NCBI GenBank assembly: GCA_951406725.2 | Contig: OX597818.1 | Span: forward strand, 77,500,001 to 77,564,000 | DNA: 64,000 nt | DNA from: Octopus vulgaris | Lineage: Eukaryota | Direction of reading: 5' to 3' | Shown here: positions 10,639 to 24,512 of the stretch, one piece after another | Layout of the letters: every line of letters begins with the position of its first letter | Numbering within the stretch: position 1 is the stretch's first letter | Program-made: the position numbers and the translations under genes | Notes under the pieces: model-generated | What the model was told of the DNA's origin: nothing | The model's database searches: none | The model's input: only the letters and a program-made list of their open reading frames with translations

Positions 10639-12082
10639 GTGTGTGTGTGTGTGTGTGTGTGAATGAGAGAGAGAGAGAGTGGTGTGTTTCTGTTTCATTG
10701 TCTTGTCTTTGCATGGTAGTTGTAAATGAATGTCACTAGCATTATTCATTCTGAATCTTCTGTGAAAACACTTTTGGCCATGGGGGAAATATTACCTTTC
10801 TTGGAAACAGGTAATAGCTGATGATAGTAAGGGCGTCTAGCATTAGAAAATCTGCCTCAGTAAACTCTATCCAACCCATGCAAGCATAGAAAAGTGGACA
10901 ATATAATGATGTTGATTATAATGTTAGATGTTAGAATGTCTTAAAGAAAGACAAGGAAATTGTCATGGAGTCAGATGAAAAGAAGCTAGCTATTATATAG
11001 GTCCATTCATTATAAACTCTTATTTATATGGAACTGATTAATTGTCATTAAGTTAGGATTATTCTTTTCTCTTGCCAACCGTTACACAAGTAAGAGTTGG
11101 TGACAATAAGGGCATCTTGCTGTAAAAAGTGTCATCAATAATCATATTCAACACATTGCTAGCATGGGGGGAAAATGGGTGTGGTGGTGGTTATGATGAT
11201 GATGTTGATGTAGTAGTAGCAGCAGCAGTAGTGGTAGTAGTAGTGTCTCTTTTCTGGTTTGGTCTGGAGGAAGGCTCATGACCTTCACAGCCCTTCTGAG
11301 ACTGGTGAGATTGATGATATAAATAGGGAACATTGAACAAATTAAACTGAAATAGAAGAAAAAGAAACAAACAAGCAAAAAAAAGAACATATACAGGAAA
11401 CATGGATTTATGTCCCATCTGGTGCTCTTTCTCTTTCTGGCCTAGCTTTGGATAATTGTGCTAGTAGGAACCCAACTTTATTTTCTCTGAAAATAAAGAG
11501 AATTAAACTAAATGACAGTTGTAGTTTAGGAGTTGTGATCTGTGAACCTACCATAGCTGTTTGATTTCCTGTAAATCTCTACATTATTATTACATTTAGA
11601 ACACACTGCTTCTTCATTTCATTCAGTTATTCATTATACATATTGGTTAGTGTAGTATTTACCTCCGTATTTTACTATCAAACTTGTTACTAAATAGATT
11701 CGTCACTAAAATATATTACTGATTAACAGAGCGTTCAGATTGATATCTATACATACTTATTATCTTACGTACATATTTTAGCATAGTGTGTATGTGTGTA
11801 AGATAGAAAAAATGCCACTGTATCGTTAATAATTGGTGCAGACATGCCTATGTTGATAAGTGCAGGCATAGCTATGCAGTTTGCTTCCAAACTACATAGT
11901 TTTCGGGTTCAGTCTCACACTGTGGTCTTCAGATCCCTTGTGTCCCAGGAGTCTTCTAATCCCTTGTGAGTGTATTTGGCTGACAGAAACTGCAAGAAGC
12001 CCCCCACACACACACACATATAAGAAGTTGAGATGACAAAGGAATATATGATTATTACACACATGTGAGTGAGAACACTTTG

Positions 12083-13282
12083 AGATATTTTTGGTATCTA
12101 ACATATGTCAGATACTGCGAGCACTGCTTCTGATTGGTCAATCCATGGTGATGACCCGAGGTCATGGTGACGACACTACTTTTGTCATTCATAAGTTACA
12201 ACTAAACTTCATTCATTACTTTCACGAGCAGGTAGACTGTAGCCATGTAATTAAACAAACATACTATCTTTTTTATACCAGATATCACTTAAAGTCATAT
12301 ACACATAAAATATAAACATTTCTGGTGGTAATTCAATTTTTTGTTGCCAAAAAAATCACAACATATTTCGTCTGCTTGTCGATACTCTTGCAGTGCAGGT
12401 AGATCTATCAACAAGATGGCTACTGTTGTCGATATCCAGGTGAATGATTTTGTTAAGATTGATGGTAAAGATGGGGGAAGAGTGTTATCCGTTGTTCAAC
12501 CTCTTGGAATATAAAGGGGGTAAAGACCCCCTTCGGTCATGAATGACCATGGGATTGCACCTAGAAAGTTACCCTCCTAGACACAAGTCTGGGCAAGGTT
12601 GTTTTTATGGAAGGCCAGCAGTCGCCCATGCATACCAGCCTCCCCTCTCCACGCCACCAGTGTTATCCAAGGGAAAGACAAAGGTCGATACAGCTTGGCA
12701 CCAGTGACGTCGCAACTCATTTCTACAGCTGAGTGAACTGGAGCAACGTGAAATAAAGTGCCTTGCTCGAGAACACAACACGCAGCCCGGTCCTTGGAAT
12801 ATACAGAATGTTCAAAGTGAAGATCAATACTGGCCAAGTTCAACATGAGTATTATTAAAGTTATTGAAGATTCATTCTGTGTTATGTATTTCTTGAACGT
12901 GAACTTGAATGTTAACAAAATGTTAAACAGTCATCAGTTATCAGTCATTTCACCTGAAAACTTAGCGCTATAAAGTCGGACTATCTTCCTGCGGCATGAC
13001 ATCTTTTACAGTTACACATTGTGACGTCACTGACGTGAAATCAAGTTGTATTCATGCGCGCTTCAACACGATGTGAAGAATTTAGTTATTGGGTTAATAA
13101 AATATGGTCGTTTATTCGTGTGTAATAAATAAAATACCAAACTCATTCCCTATGGATACCGTATTTATTACAACTCGTGGCTTGTTAACGTATCTAACTC
13201 GCTTTCGCTCGTTAGATACGTTTACAAGCCACTCATTGTAATAAATACGGTATACATAGGGAACTCGTTTGGTATTCTCTAT
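12083..13282. mobile_element. Unclassified CpG-rich element (possibly Crypton-like, non-autonomous) with a terminal bubble hairpin; interrupted by a SINE
   Basis: CpG-rich versus flanks; TTCTGATTGGTC near the left end; GTGACGTCAC palindrome at 13021; 144-bp hairpin at 13133-13276; left end shares GTATCTAAC with the hairpin. Family assignment is recollection only. Confidence 0.5.
12516..12792 (-). mobile_element. tRNA-derived SINE family C (young, head truncated)
   Basis: Reverse complement of 37265-37508 and 41215-41468. Confidence 0.8.
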
Positions 13283-13489
13283 TTATCTTATGAACTTCAT
13301 TAGCTTACAGCTGTTTCTGCTACAGAATGCAGTGGACTCAGTTGAGTGCTTGAGTATCACTTTATAACTTCACAGGTACTCAACTATGGTTTTAGGCTCC
13401 AATGAAGCTATAAGATACTCAGACACACAACTGACTCCACTGCAGCCTATAGCAGAAACAGCTGTAAGCTAATGAAGTTTGTAAGATAA
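13283..13489. mobile_element. Palindromic MITE
   Basis: Long TIR TTATCTTATGAACTTCATTAGCTTACAGCTGTTTCTGCTA / TAGCAGAAACAGCTGTAAGCTAATGAAGTTTGTAAGATAA. Confidence 0.75.
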
Positions 13490-13624
13490 TTGTTTATTCC
13501 CTTGCCATCTCAATTTCTTATTAGTGCTCTGTACCTAACTAACACTTTGTTTTGAAGCATATGTATATTAAATTCTGCCCCAGGTTATTAGCATCACAAT
13601 TCCTGAGTAAAATACTAAAGTAAA

Positions 13625-13630
<6 letters not shown>

Positions 13631-13700
<70 letters not shown>

Positions 13701-13707
13701 GTATATA

Positions 13708-13780
<73 letters not shown>

Positions 13781-13787
13781 GTATATA

Positions 13788-13828
<41 letters not shown>

Positions 13829-13871
13829 ATATATGTGTGTGTATATATATATGTGTGTATATATGTGTGTG

Positions 13872-13906
<35 letters not shown>

Positions 13907-13909
13907 GTG

Positions 13910-13973
<64 letters not shown>

Positions 13974-14014
13974 TGTGTGTGTATATGTGTGTATGTATAT
14001 ATATATACACACAC

Positions 14015-14085
<71 letters not shown>

Positions 14086-14101
14086 CATATATATGTATAT
14101 A

Positions 14102-14136
<35 letters not shown>
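13631..14136. repeat. Compound (TC)n/(TA)n/(TG)n microsatellite, about 500 bp
   Basis: Direct inspection. Confidence 0.95.
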
Positions 14137-14959
14137 TGTGATCCCTTACCTTGCTTGTAAGTCAGTAATGTCTTTCAATATGAAGGACATCCAGCTGTGG
14201 GAAATCTGTCTCAGTAAACTCCATCTATGAGAAAGTGAACATTAAAACAATTATGATGTTTATCTTTTGCTTTGAATATCTTTTGATGGCTCTCAGTATT
14301 TTAGTCTTGCTTCAAATTAATTGTAATGCAAATGATATCTGTTTGTAGTATATATTCTTCATGCTTCTATTTAGCATATACCCAAGACTTAATTAATTAC
14401 ACCTTTTAAGGTATCGAATTCATTCTACACATCTGTTCTTCAATATGTCCTGTACTTCAGAACTGCTAGTTTTAATGGAGTTGAAATAAGAGTAATTAAT
14501 AACTTGAGTAAACAGGAAAAGAAAGTTACTAAAATACTTTTGCTAAGTTTACTTGGCTTGAGCCATTTCTACTCTTTCATTTATTCGTTTTTTCCCTCCG
14601 GCTAGTATGTGTTAGATGAATATGCTTTTGGGACATTGTTTTTGCAGCTAGATGTCCTTCCTGTTGGCTGCTCTAATCTGTTTTATTTTTCACCTAAATG
14701 ATATTCTTATTCCACATTTTTGAAACGTGAAACAGGCAAGTGACTTATTGACAGGACAAGTGGCACAAAACCACCGCTTGAGCAGTGTAATATTTGTTTA
14801 AGTGAGCAAACACACATGTGCATGTGCACACACAAGCACACACACATGAATGTGTAGTTAATATAAATATATATCATGTATATATAAATGTATATGTTTC
14901 TTATATAACGTATGTATATATATGTGTGTGTTTGTGTGTAGATTTATACAATATGTGTT

Positions 14960-15215
14960 CATCATCATCGTTTAACGTCTGCTTTCCATGCTGGCATGGG
15001 TTGGACTGTTTGACTGGGGACTGGTGAGCCAGATGGCTGCACCAGGTTCCAATCTGATCAGGCAGAGTTTCTACAGCTGGGTGCCCTTCCTAACACCAAC
15101 CACTCTGAGAGTGTAGTGGGTGCTTTTACGTGCCCCTGGCACAAGGGGCATTCAGGCAGTTCCGGCAATTGCCACGCTCAAATGGTGTTTTTCATGTACC
15201 ACCGGCACAAGTGCC
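14960..15215 (-). mobile_element. RTE LINE 3'UTR fragment
   Basis: CATCATCGTTTAACGTCTGCTTTCCATGCTGGCATGGG, homologous to 7000-7200. Confidence 0.75.
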
Positions 15216-15227
15216 AATTTGTGTATT

Positions 15228-15331
15228 TATACACACACACACACACAAATATAATCATATATGTATGATATATATATACATATATATATATACATACACA
15301 CACACATATACATATATACACACACACACAC

Positions 15332-15377
<46 letters not shown>

Positions 15378-15437
15378 GTACATACACATATATATGTATA
15401 TACATACACACACACACATATATATATATATATACAT

Positions 15438-15471
<34 letters not shown>

Positions 15472-15590
15472 CGTGCATGCACACACACACTCAATCACTC
15501 ATATATCACACACACATACACACACACACATATATATATATATATCGTGCATGCACACACACACTCAATCACTCATACATCACACACACG
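15228..15590. repeat. Compound (CA)n/(TA)n microsatellite with an internal duplicated unit
   Basis: TCGTGCATGCACACACACACTCAATCACTCATA occurs twice (15471 and 15545). Confidence 0.9.
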
Positions 15591-18394
15591 ATGGGTCTCT
15601 CTTTGGTTTCTTTCTACCAAGAGGAGCAGCCTACACTTGAAAGGGCGAATTATTTTACTTTGTAGTTATTTCTCACTTTAGTAGTTTCTGTGATAACCAG
15701 TGTTGATAATGTAAAGATCAATTAAACATTGGTTGGATGTTATTGTTGGCTGGAGAGAATGCTGGTAGTGATGTACAAGAAATATGCTTAGTGGAGTATT
15801 GTACGTATTTGAAAGAATTGTTTAAATATTCTAAATAATATTGGCACAACATCCGCAAACTAAGATTAATGATAGGGTGGGTATATTTATAGATTTATTG
15901 ATATACATATCTATTTGTATTGCATATATGCATACATGAACACACACATATCTATACACTTGTTTCTGTTTTTATTAATGCATCCTATAATTTTATTGAT
16001 CCTGCATTTTTGTGCTAGAATTTTGAGCCAAAAATTTTTCATATCCTTATTTTTGAATCATTGCTAAGAACCACAAGGATCTACAAAACATCTATGGCTT
16101 GAATTTTCTTTTAAGATGCTCAGTACATGCTAAACATCTACCATTTAATTATGAATAACCTGTATTTTTTTTAATACCATTTAACATCTGAAAACCTTTT
16201 CTGATGTTTCTGTCCTGTTGTCTACACTTGGGACCAATCTGTATATCATTTATAGATGCATTCCTTTGCTAATACGTTTTATCCATAATACTTTTTTTTT
16301 TCTTTTGCCAATTAGCTTAACTAATTACTGTACCATATTTGGTACTTTTGAGTTAGTACTCTTGTCTATTTACCAATTTATTTGACGCTTTCAGAAAACA
16401 GACACTCTTGCAATGAAAGACAATGTTCTCTAAATTTGTTTATTTGAGCCAGTCTTCTGTTAACACTTAATGCTATCGCTATCATGCTACTACATTTCTC
16501 TTTGGTAAAGATACCTTTCTGTCTCCACTTACTCCTTGAGAGGAAAGGAGATATTTTTTCTCTCTCCTGGTATCACATCATAATCTTGTAGCCTATTTAA
16601 GGCAAGCGGACACATTCCGTTCTTGTGATGGGCTATATGCATTTTACTTATCTTTGCTCTACTTTCTAACCATAACATAATCTGCTTATTTAAGAGATAA
16701 ATAATTCATATCAATAGGTTTAAGTAAATTCAAATAGTCTCTTTAAATCACTTCTACATTCAAGTCCATACATTTAGGCTTACACATATTTTTTATTTCA
16801 TATACGTAGAGAGTATACTTTTTAAATTGAAACATTTTTATTGTTTATAAAGCTTACCTTGTCACTACTGACACTGTTTTCATAACTTATATACCACATG
16901 TATTTGTATTTTATTAAATCCATGAATGTTAGGCTAATTTCCTCTTTTATATTTTAAATGCTTATCACATTATGTACTCCTCTCTCCTCCCCACTGTCAA
17001 AATTACAGTTCTCAAGCTAATTTGCTTTTCCCACCAAACCTATATCAATTCACAGACATTTTATTGTTTCCAAGATTTCTCTTACAACTTCAAATACATT
17101 CACTAGACCATCTTGAACAACAGTGGATTGTTGCTAAGTTCAAATATACAGAAAAAGGGAAAGACTACACTTGGACAATACTGTATTGCAGTTTAATATT
17201 TAACCTATTATATAACCCTGCCTTTTGTTTACATTCATTTTCCTAAATAAATGAGAATTGGGAGCCAAATACCTCAAGTTCTTGTTTACTTAGAAAATAA
17301 CTGGATTTTCCTGTCTTTTATCATTATTGTCTGGTTGTCAACTTCTCTACAGAATTTATTGAATCAGATTTTGTTTTTTCTATGATGGGATGCACTTCCA
17401 ATAATCAAGCATTGCCTGTTTCCAAGCATGGTAATACTTCTCCCACTCCTTCAAACATGAATAACATATATCAATGGACAGGGTTTCACTACAGATTGCA
17501 ACACAAACATTACTTCTTGTATAACAGTGATACTTGTTTACAATTTGTGCATGATGTCAAGCTAGAGATACAAATGCACACACTTGTATGTGCACACACA
17601 GGCACGTCCATGCATACACACATGCACACATATGTGTATACAAAATACATGCAAATATGATGAACTTCCTGCTGTTCTCATCTGCCAAATCCACCCACAA
17701 TCACATGGTATAGGTCAGCCCAGGCCTATAGTTGAAGTCACTTGCTGAAGGTACCATGCACTAGCACACCACTGTAATTGCTAAACAGACTTCTTAACTG
17801 CCATATAGATGATAAGCTATAGGACAGTGTTTTAACCTATGATCTGTCTACTAAAAATCCAATGTTCAGATTCCATGCTACCTTAACATCTATACTATAG
17901 TAAAGAAAGCTACTTATTAATTAGTTTGGAGTATGTGACTTTCACTAAAGGAAAGCATTTATTAAACTTTCACTGTCTAAAAACTTCTTAAAAATATTAA
18001 TTTTAATGCATTTTTATCAAAATGTGGTTTTCAAAATTCTTTTATTATTGGCGATTTTAACTACACATTAATTTTGTATCACTACAAGAAAGCAATTTTT
18101 GACACTGCAACATAGTTAGTGCTCTCTCTGATACACTTTATGATACTACTTTCTACACATATATCGGTAGAAGCATTTCTCCAAATTATAAGTTTAATCC
18201 AGCATCAGCCAAATTATGTTGATTCCAGTATCCTGTCATATTCACCATTTTTGAAGAAATAGAAAGCCAAAGCAGAAAAGTGGTTTTAATTTGCTTATGT
18301 CAATTATAACCAAATATAAACTTGTCTCAATTTATGTATCAGAAAAATTACACAAATTGGGAATCAAATGTGTAAGTATTATTTAGGGACTGAC

Positions 18395-18718
18395 ACAAAC
18401 TGGCATGCCATCAGTTGTGATGATGAGAGTTCCTGTTGATTCAACCAACAAAACAACCTGCTCATGAAATTAACATGCAAGTGGCTGAGCACTCCAGTGA
18501 CATGCATAACCATAGCATAGTTGTCAGAGAGATTCTGTGTGACAGAATGTGACAAGGCTGGCCCTTTGAAATACAGGTACAACTCGTTTTTGCCAGCTGA
18601 GTATACTGGAGCAATGTGAAATAAAGTGACTTGCTCAAGGACACAATGTGCCACCAGGAATTGAACTCACAACCTTATGATTGTGAGCTGAATACCCTAA
18701 CCACTAAGCCATGCACCT
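18395..18718 (-). mobile_element. SINE family C-related copy
   Basis: GCCAGCTGAGTATACTGGAGCAATGTGAAATAAAGTGACTTGCTCAAGG...AACCACTAAGCCATGC. Confidence 0.7.
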
Positions 18719-19515
18719 TCATAGAAACAGCACCTAAAGGGCAGGGCAATGTCTCTACTAGTGTTGTATAACATGGTTTTGTATAAACTATGTTAGTAAA
18801 ACAAAAGGTTGGGATAGTCATGCCACTTGGTCATGCTCAATTCACGCAGGCAAGAACAACAGTCTTTTTGATCTTGTCCCTTCACCTGACCTCCTTTTGT
18901 ACCTTACGCTCTTTTTATTTTAACATCTGTCCTACATAGTTTTTGTATTGACAAATTTACTTCCTCCAATGCCAACATTAAGATTAACTGATATTTTTAG
19001 ATCTCAATAAATTATTTGAGAATCAAGAGTGTATATTATTACCGTTATATAGGATTGTTATTGGTTCAGTCGATGGATGATTGAATTGTAGAAATAGATG
19101 TTAGGAAATGATCCTTCAACATTGTTAAAAGTCGTGTCAAGAAATGAGAAAAAAAAGAAAAGAAAAAGAAAGCTTTTATTTATGCTTTTATTGGAATTAT
19201 TTATTGATTTTTTTTGGTTAACAAATTATCTAAAGGTTAAAACAAAGAAACAGCCAGACAGTCTTTATTTCATTTGAGTGATTTTCTGTATGTGTGTGTG
19301 CGTGTGCGTGATGATGAATGATGATTGCATGGAGATGATTTCATTTCTCTCTTATGATGTAGGTATATTAATAGTGTAGATGTGTGTGTATGTAAAAGAG
19401 AGTATATGTTTATGTGGATGTCTGTCTGTGCATTTGTGGACATTTTCCACTTGTTATATCTATGCGTGTACAAGCATAGATCCATGCTTGCACACACACA
19501 CACACACACATGCAT

Positions 19516-19564
<49 letters not shown>

Positions 19565-20086
19565 CTCTCTTCTCTAGTGTATGTCTCCTTTTTACATTTC
19601 CTGCTATTTCTTTTTCCTTCTTTCTGTCTACCTTACACTTCTCTATCACGTCTGTCTGTCTCTCTCAGTCGTGTATTTGTTAGGTAGTTTTATTTAAAGA
19701 TATTACACATCTCAAAAGCAGCTTGCTTCATATTCATCCTGTAATCTTATTTGCGAGGAATAAATAGATTTTTGATGTGTTTTACAAAATAATTCTTGTC
19801 CTCATTTCTTCATTAGACAATCCTTGTTAATTGTTCCTCAGTTGGAACAATAATCCTACTATATTTTCTCTGAAGACTTACAACAACCATTTTGTTTGTT
19901 CTCTCCTTCTTACCCATCTTATCACATTGATATTTGAGACATTTTAACTTAAACTTCAGTATTCATCTGTTGGAAGGCTCTGTATTTTTGTTTGTTTTTT
20001 GTTTTAAAATTTTATTTATATGTAATCTTTTAATAAACAATTCTGAAAGCTACTTTGTATACTAACTGCAGTAAAACTGTACATGG

Positions 20087-20117
<31 letters not shown>

Positions 20118-20916
20118 AGCATGTGTGCATGCTTTACCAACACATTTCTAAGTCCATACTTTGAATTTAATTTCTGGGCTTTAATTAGATTTTTCTTTTT
20201 GAACCTGGATGGTGGTATGTCTAAGTCAGTGGTGCTAGATAGGAACAGCTGTAAAAGTAGTGCCTTCATATTAGTAACCATCAATGCCTCAACAAAGGTA
20301 GGGCAGTTGGATTTCTTCAAGCATCTATAGGTTTTTCTTGTGAATGTTTCACGCACTGGTACAAGTTAGAGACAGGAATGGCATTTCAGACACACATTGG
20401 GATTGTGTGGTATTAACAGCAGGAGTGGTGGGCTGTAAAAGCATCACAAGCCTGCCCAGACCGTTCCAAGTCTGACAAGTATTGCATGGATTTCTCAAAT
20501 ACACTCATGTACACATGAAGCAACTACATCAGGTCCTCCAGATTATATTTAGATAGCATATTTGTTAGGTCAGTGCATGGAGATAGTGTAGGGTGTCCAC
20601 ACTTTTCAACTGCATAAGTGTCCTAGATAGTATGCACAAACAGGCATCTATTTGCTGGAAGCTGAACATCTCATTCTTGGTGTGCAAAATGTATAGCAAT
20701 GGGATTAGCAAATTAATTAAGCTGCTGTTAGTGGTGGGTGAGATAACCAAAAACTAGTGATGAGTCACTCTGAAATGTAGACTATATATATATATAAAAT
20801 TGGTGGATTTTTTCCTTTAAGAGGTTTTTCACACTAACTACTTGATAAATTCTTATAAAGATTTTATCCTATTTTTAAATTGAAAATATATATATATATA
20901 TCTATATATATAGTGA

Positions 20917-21220
20917 AGGCACATATCCTAGTGGTTAGGGTGTTGCACTCAAGACTACTAGATCATGAGTTTGATTCCTGGACTGGGCAGTATGTTGTGT
21001 TCTCAGGCAAAACACTTCATTTGATGTTGCTCTGTGATCATTTCGACATCTGATGTGTGACACACTTGTGCAACTGTACAGGCAAAGTTGGGAGTGGGTG
21101 AGGGGAGGGGGCTAATGTACATGACATACATTTGGTCGCTATAAACAAATCATCTGTGCAAGTTGTTCAGCAAAAAGCTGAACACTCATACGTTTCCTTC
21201 AGTGAGGTATTTCATCATAG
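20917..21220 (+). mobile_element. SINE with family C head and an alternative tail
   Basis: tRNA-like head TAGTGGTTAGGGTGTTGCACTC...GAGTTTGATTCC; homologous to 35875-36110. Confidence 0.65.
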
Positions 21221-23314
21221 AAAAAAATAAGTAAATGTGGGATTAAGTGAACTAAGATGTTTCGACCATTGATTTGTGACCATTTTTTGTTATTGCTTAA
21301 CACGAAAGCGGCATTGTTAGAACTGAGATATGTGCTCTTAAACATAAGGGGTAGACACCTGCTATTAGTCAACCTCACTTTGCTCAGCTGTTATAAACCA
21401 ACAACAGCAATGAACTTGAGAGATTGCAGTGATCTTTTATGCCTTGTTTCACAACTATCATGGTCCTTGGTAGTAGAGGAAAGTACTGCAAAAAGTTAAC
21501 AAAAAGAAAGGAGAGTTGGCTATAAGTTGTTGTATAAGGGGCATACTGATTAGTCTGAATGATCTGTTTTAGAAGCTTTATGTATACATGCTCAACTTGT
21601 TTGCAAAGGACATTTGCAACTGGCAGTAGAATAGGAAAATTCCTGGTTCTGTGAGTTGGAGAGAAGTACTACTGAAGAAGGGTGAAAACATGGGGCACGT
21701 TATTGATAATATCTGGTTTGTAACCCTGCTCATTGCAGAATGGAAGTTCTGAGTTAAGAGCTATCAAGGGTCAATGTCTTTGCTAGATGTTGACCCTTGC
21801 CATCAGCAGTGGAGTCAGAAAAGTACTAGATTGTGTGATTCCAGGCAAAACCATTACAAATTCCACCTCATACTGTACATCATAGATAGTATATGTAACA
21901 AACTTGGCTTTGATAAGGCTCTGGTCATTTTTGATTAATTAAGAGCCTTCGATAAGGTAGGCAGATATTTTCAATGGAGCCAGTTTCAGCCCAATTTTTC
22001 CGAGGTTGGAAAATGTACAATGACTTTTACCAATGATCAGACATAGTGCAACTGTTCTGAATCCTGCTCCTCTTGGCTAAACGCGCATCAACTTTAAGAG
22101 GGAGGTGCTGCCCTCTAATTTGTTGAAAGGGAAGTGAGAATGGCTCATATAGCTTTAGTGAATGAGCCAAAACTTAGCAGGTGCTTGTTGGTTGGGTAAT
22201 ACAGCTGTGAGAGCGTACTTTGTAAGTTGAGACAGTACTGGATCTTTGGGGTACTTTGATTGGGCCTAGGTTGCACTCCTCTTTCTGAGGATGCTATCAC
22301 ATATTTGTGTATTATACATCCTGTCACTCTTCACCCATTTTGATTTCAATGTGAATTACATCAATTTATTAACCTGTCTTTATAACCTTCTCTTGTATCA
22401 CCCTTCTAACAAAGAAATAATTATGAAATTAGTTAACTATTAATCACTCTTGCATATAGTCTTTAAAGAAAAGATAATACTGCTGTAATCCTAAATTAAT
22501 CTTTAATCCACTGTTAACTTTACATGAATATAAATTTAATGTTTGTATTCTGTGTGTGTGTGTTTGTGTAAGAGAAAGGTTTAACCACAATTACAGAGTT
22601 ATGTATTTGGTAGATAATATATTTTACCTCCATTTCTTCTGCAATACAATATAAATATCATATCTGGCTGAAAATTCAAATACCACCCCTTCCCTTCCTT
22701 AAAATATCACTAATTACTTTTCTGCTTATTTAGATATTTAAACAATGAGAAAGAGAAGAGTGTGAATACACGTTTTTATTGTTAATCATATCTGAAAGCC
22801 ATTTCATTAATGATTGCTACAGTGGTTGTGTGTTTATTCTCACAGAATTATGCTTGAAAACTAGTTTTGCCTGCACCAACTGTATTATTTGGTTGACTTT
22901 ACTGAAACTAATTAAGCACAAACACTGCTGATGTATATATGTGTGTGTGTGTGTGCACCTATCTGGCTATGAAACTAATGATCATAAGTGATAATATTGT
23001 AAGTACTAATGGTGGTTGACTTGGTTGACTGGTTCTGTACAAAAGCTATCCACTGCCAATGTATTCAACAATTGTTTACAATACTGTGTTGATCAGAATC
23101 ATTTCATTTCATTTATTTCTCATATCTATGCCTGAAACTCAACTATATTTAGACCACCAATTTTCGGCTTGTATAAAAGATAACTTATTTCTCCTCTCTT
23201 ATGAAACAGCCATTAAACTTTCGGCAAACGAAATACATTCCATATTCTATCTTTAATTTTTCTTACATCAGTTTAAAACCCGTCCTTTTGATATGAATTT
23301 TATTAGTTCATATA

Positions 23315-23351
<37 letters not shown>

Positions 23352-24242
23352 CACAGATACAATTATAGTGTTACACATCTCTATCAACTCCTCAATTAGA
23401 CTAATTTGCCCTACAAATTCATTGCATGTATAAATATGTGCTTGTGGGAGTGTGTGTAGTTGACTGTTTGTAGTTTATATGGTTGGTAGGGTTAATTAAT
23501 GGGATTCATATGTAGGCATGGCTACAGAATGCAGAAGTTTGCTTTCCAACGATGTAGCACTCTTACTACATGGCACATTGGGTAAGTGCCTTCTACAATA
23601 GCTCCAAGCAAACCAAAGACCTTGTGAATGGATGTAATAGATGGAAACTGTAAAGCTATCATACATACACACACATGCATATGTGTGTGTCTTATTGTCT
23701 TGAATTAGTGTGATAGTGGAAAAGAGCATCAGCTGATAAATGTTTATCTATTTTTTTTTTTTTTTCCTTCTTAGATGTAAATCTTAAGATATAAAACCTG
23801 ACACTTTTGCCTTTCTGAAAGTTGATGGTGACATACATGCAATGAAAATGGTTACATGAACCTTACCTTATTTAATATTTACAAGGTAAAAACAGTGTTA
23901 TGTGACTTCTAATAGGGTTTATCTGTTTCTGTTGAAAATATCATACAGGTGTAGTTGTATGTGTTTGATATATTTATTCCAAAAAGATGCTCTTAATTTC
24001 CCATGACCCCTAGTCTTGAAGGCTGTTTAGCTATACATGACTCCTCACTAAAAGTACATGCTATCCTCATAAATTTGGTTTGCATACTGAAGGTGTGGTT
24101 AACAAACAGATAAATTTCTTTTTGTTGATAGTTGTATCTAAATGCGCAGTTTTTTTATGCTGTTGCATATTAGCTTATAAAAAAGATGAAGTAAATATGA
24201 GCTGGAGCCCAGAGATATCAAGAGATATATATACATATATAT

Positions 24243-24512
24243 GGTAATATTTATCCCTTCTTAAAAGTAGATGTTATATTACAACAGAGACTACTGTATT
24301 ATTTAACCCCATGAGAGAACCTTTCATTTGGATGTGTAGTGCATAAAATCATAACCATTTGTGGCAATAGTGGGTTATTATCTCATGCTTGTGATATAAA
24401 TTTGAGTGCTTATATGCACCACAAGTTCATATGAAAGGTTCTCTCATAGTAAATAACACAGTATTCTGTGTTCTAACGCAACATCCACTTTTAAGTAAGG
24501 ATAAATATTACC
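24243..24512. mobile_element. Palindromic MITE with about 100-bp TIRs
   Basis: GGTAATATTTATCCCTTCTTAAAAGTAGATGTT...ATGAGAGAACCTTTCAT / ATGAAAGGTTCTCTCAT...AACATCCACTTTTAAGTAAGGATAAATATTACC. Confidence 0.8.

Noticed and set aside
13539-14230. Long ORFs of 140-180 aa rich in YI, HT and VC repeats (also 15130-15681 and 49175-49740)
   Set aside because: Translations of dinucleotide microsatellites
20330-20760. Possible minus-strand RTE/BovB remnant
   Set aside because: Too decayed to support with readable motifs
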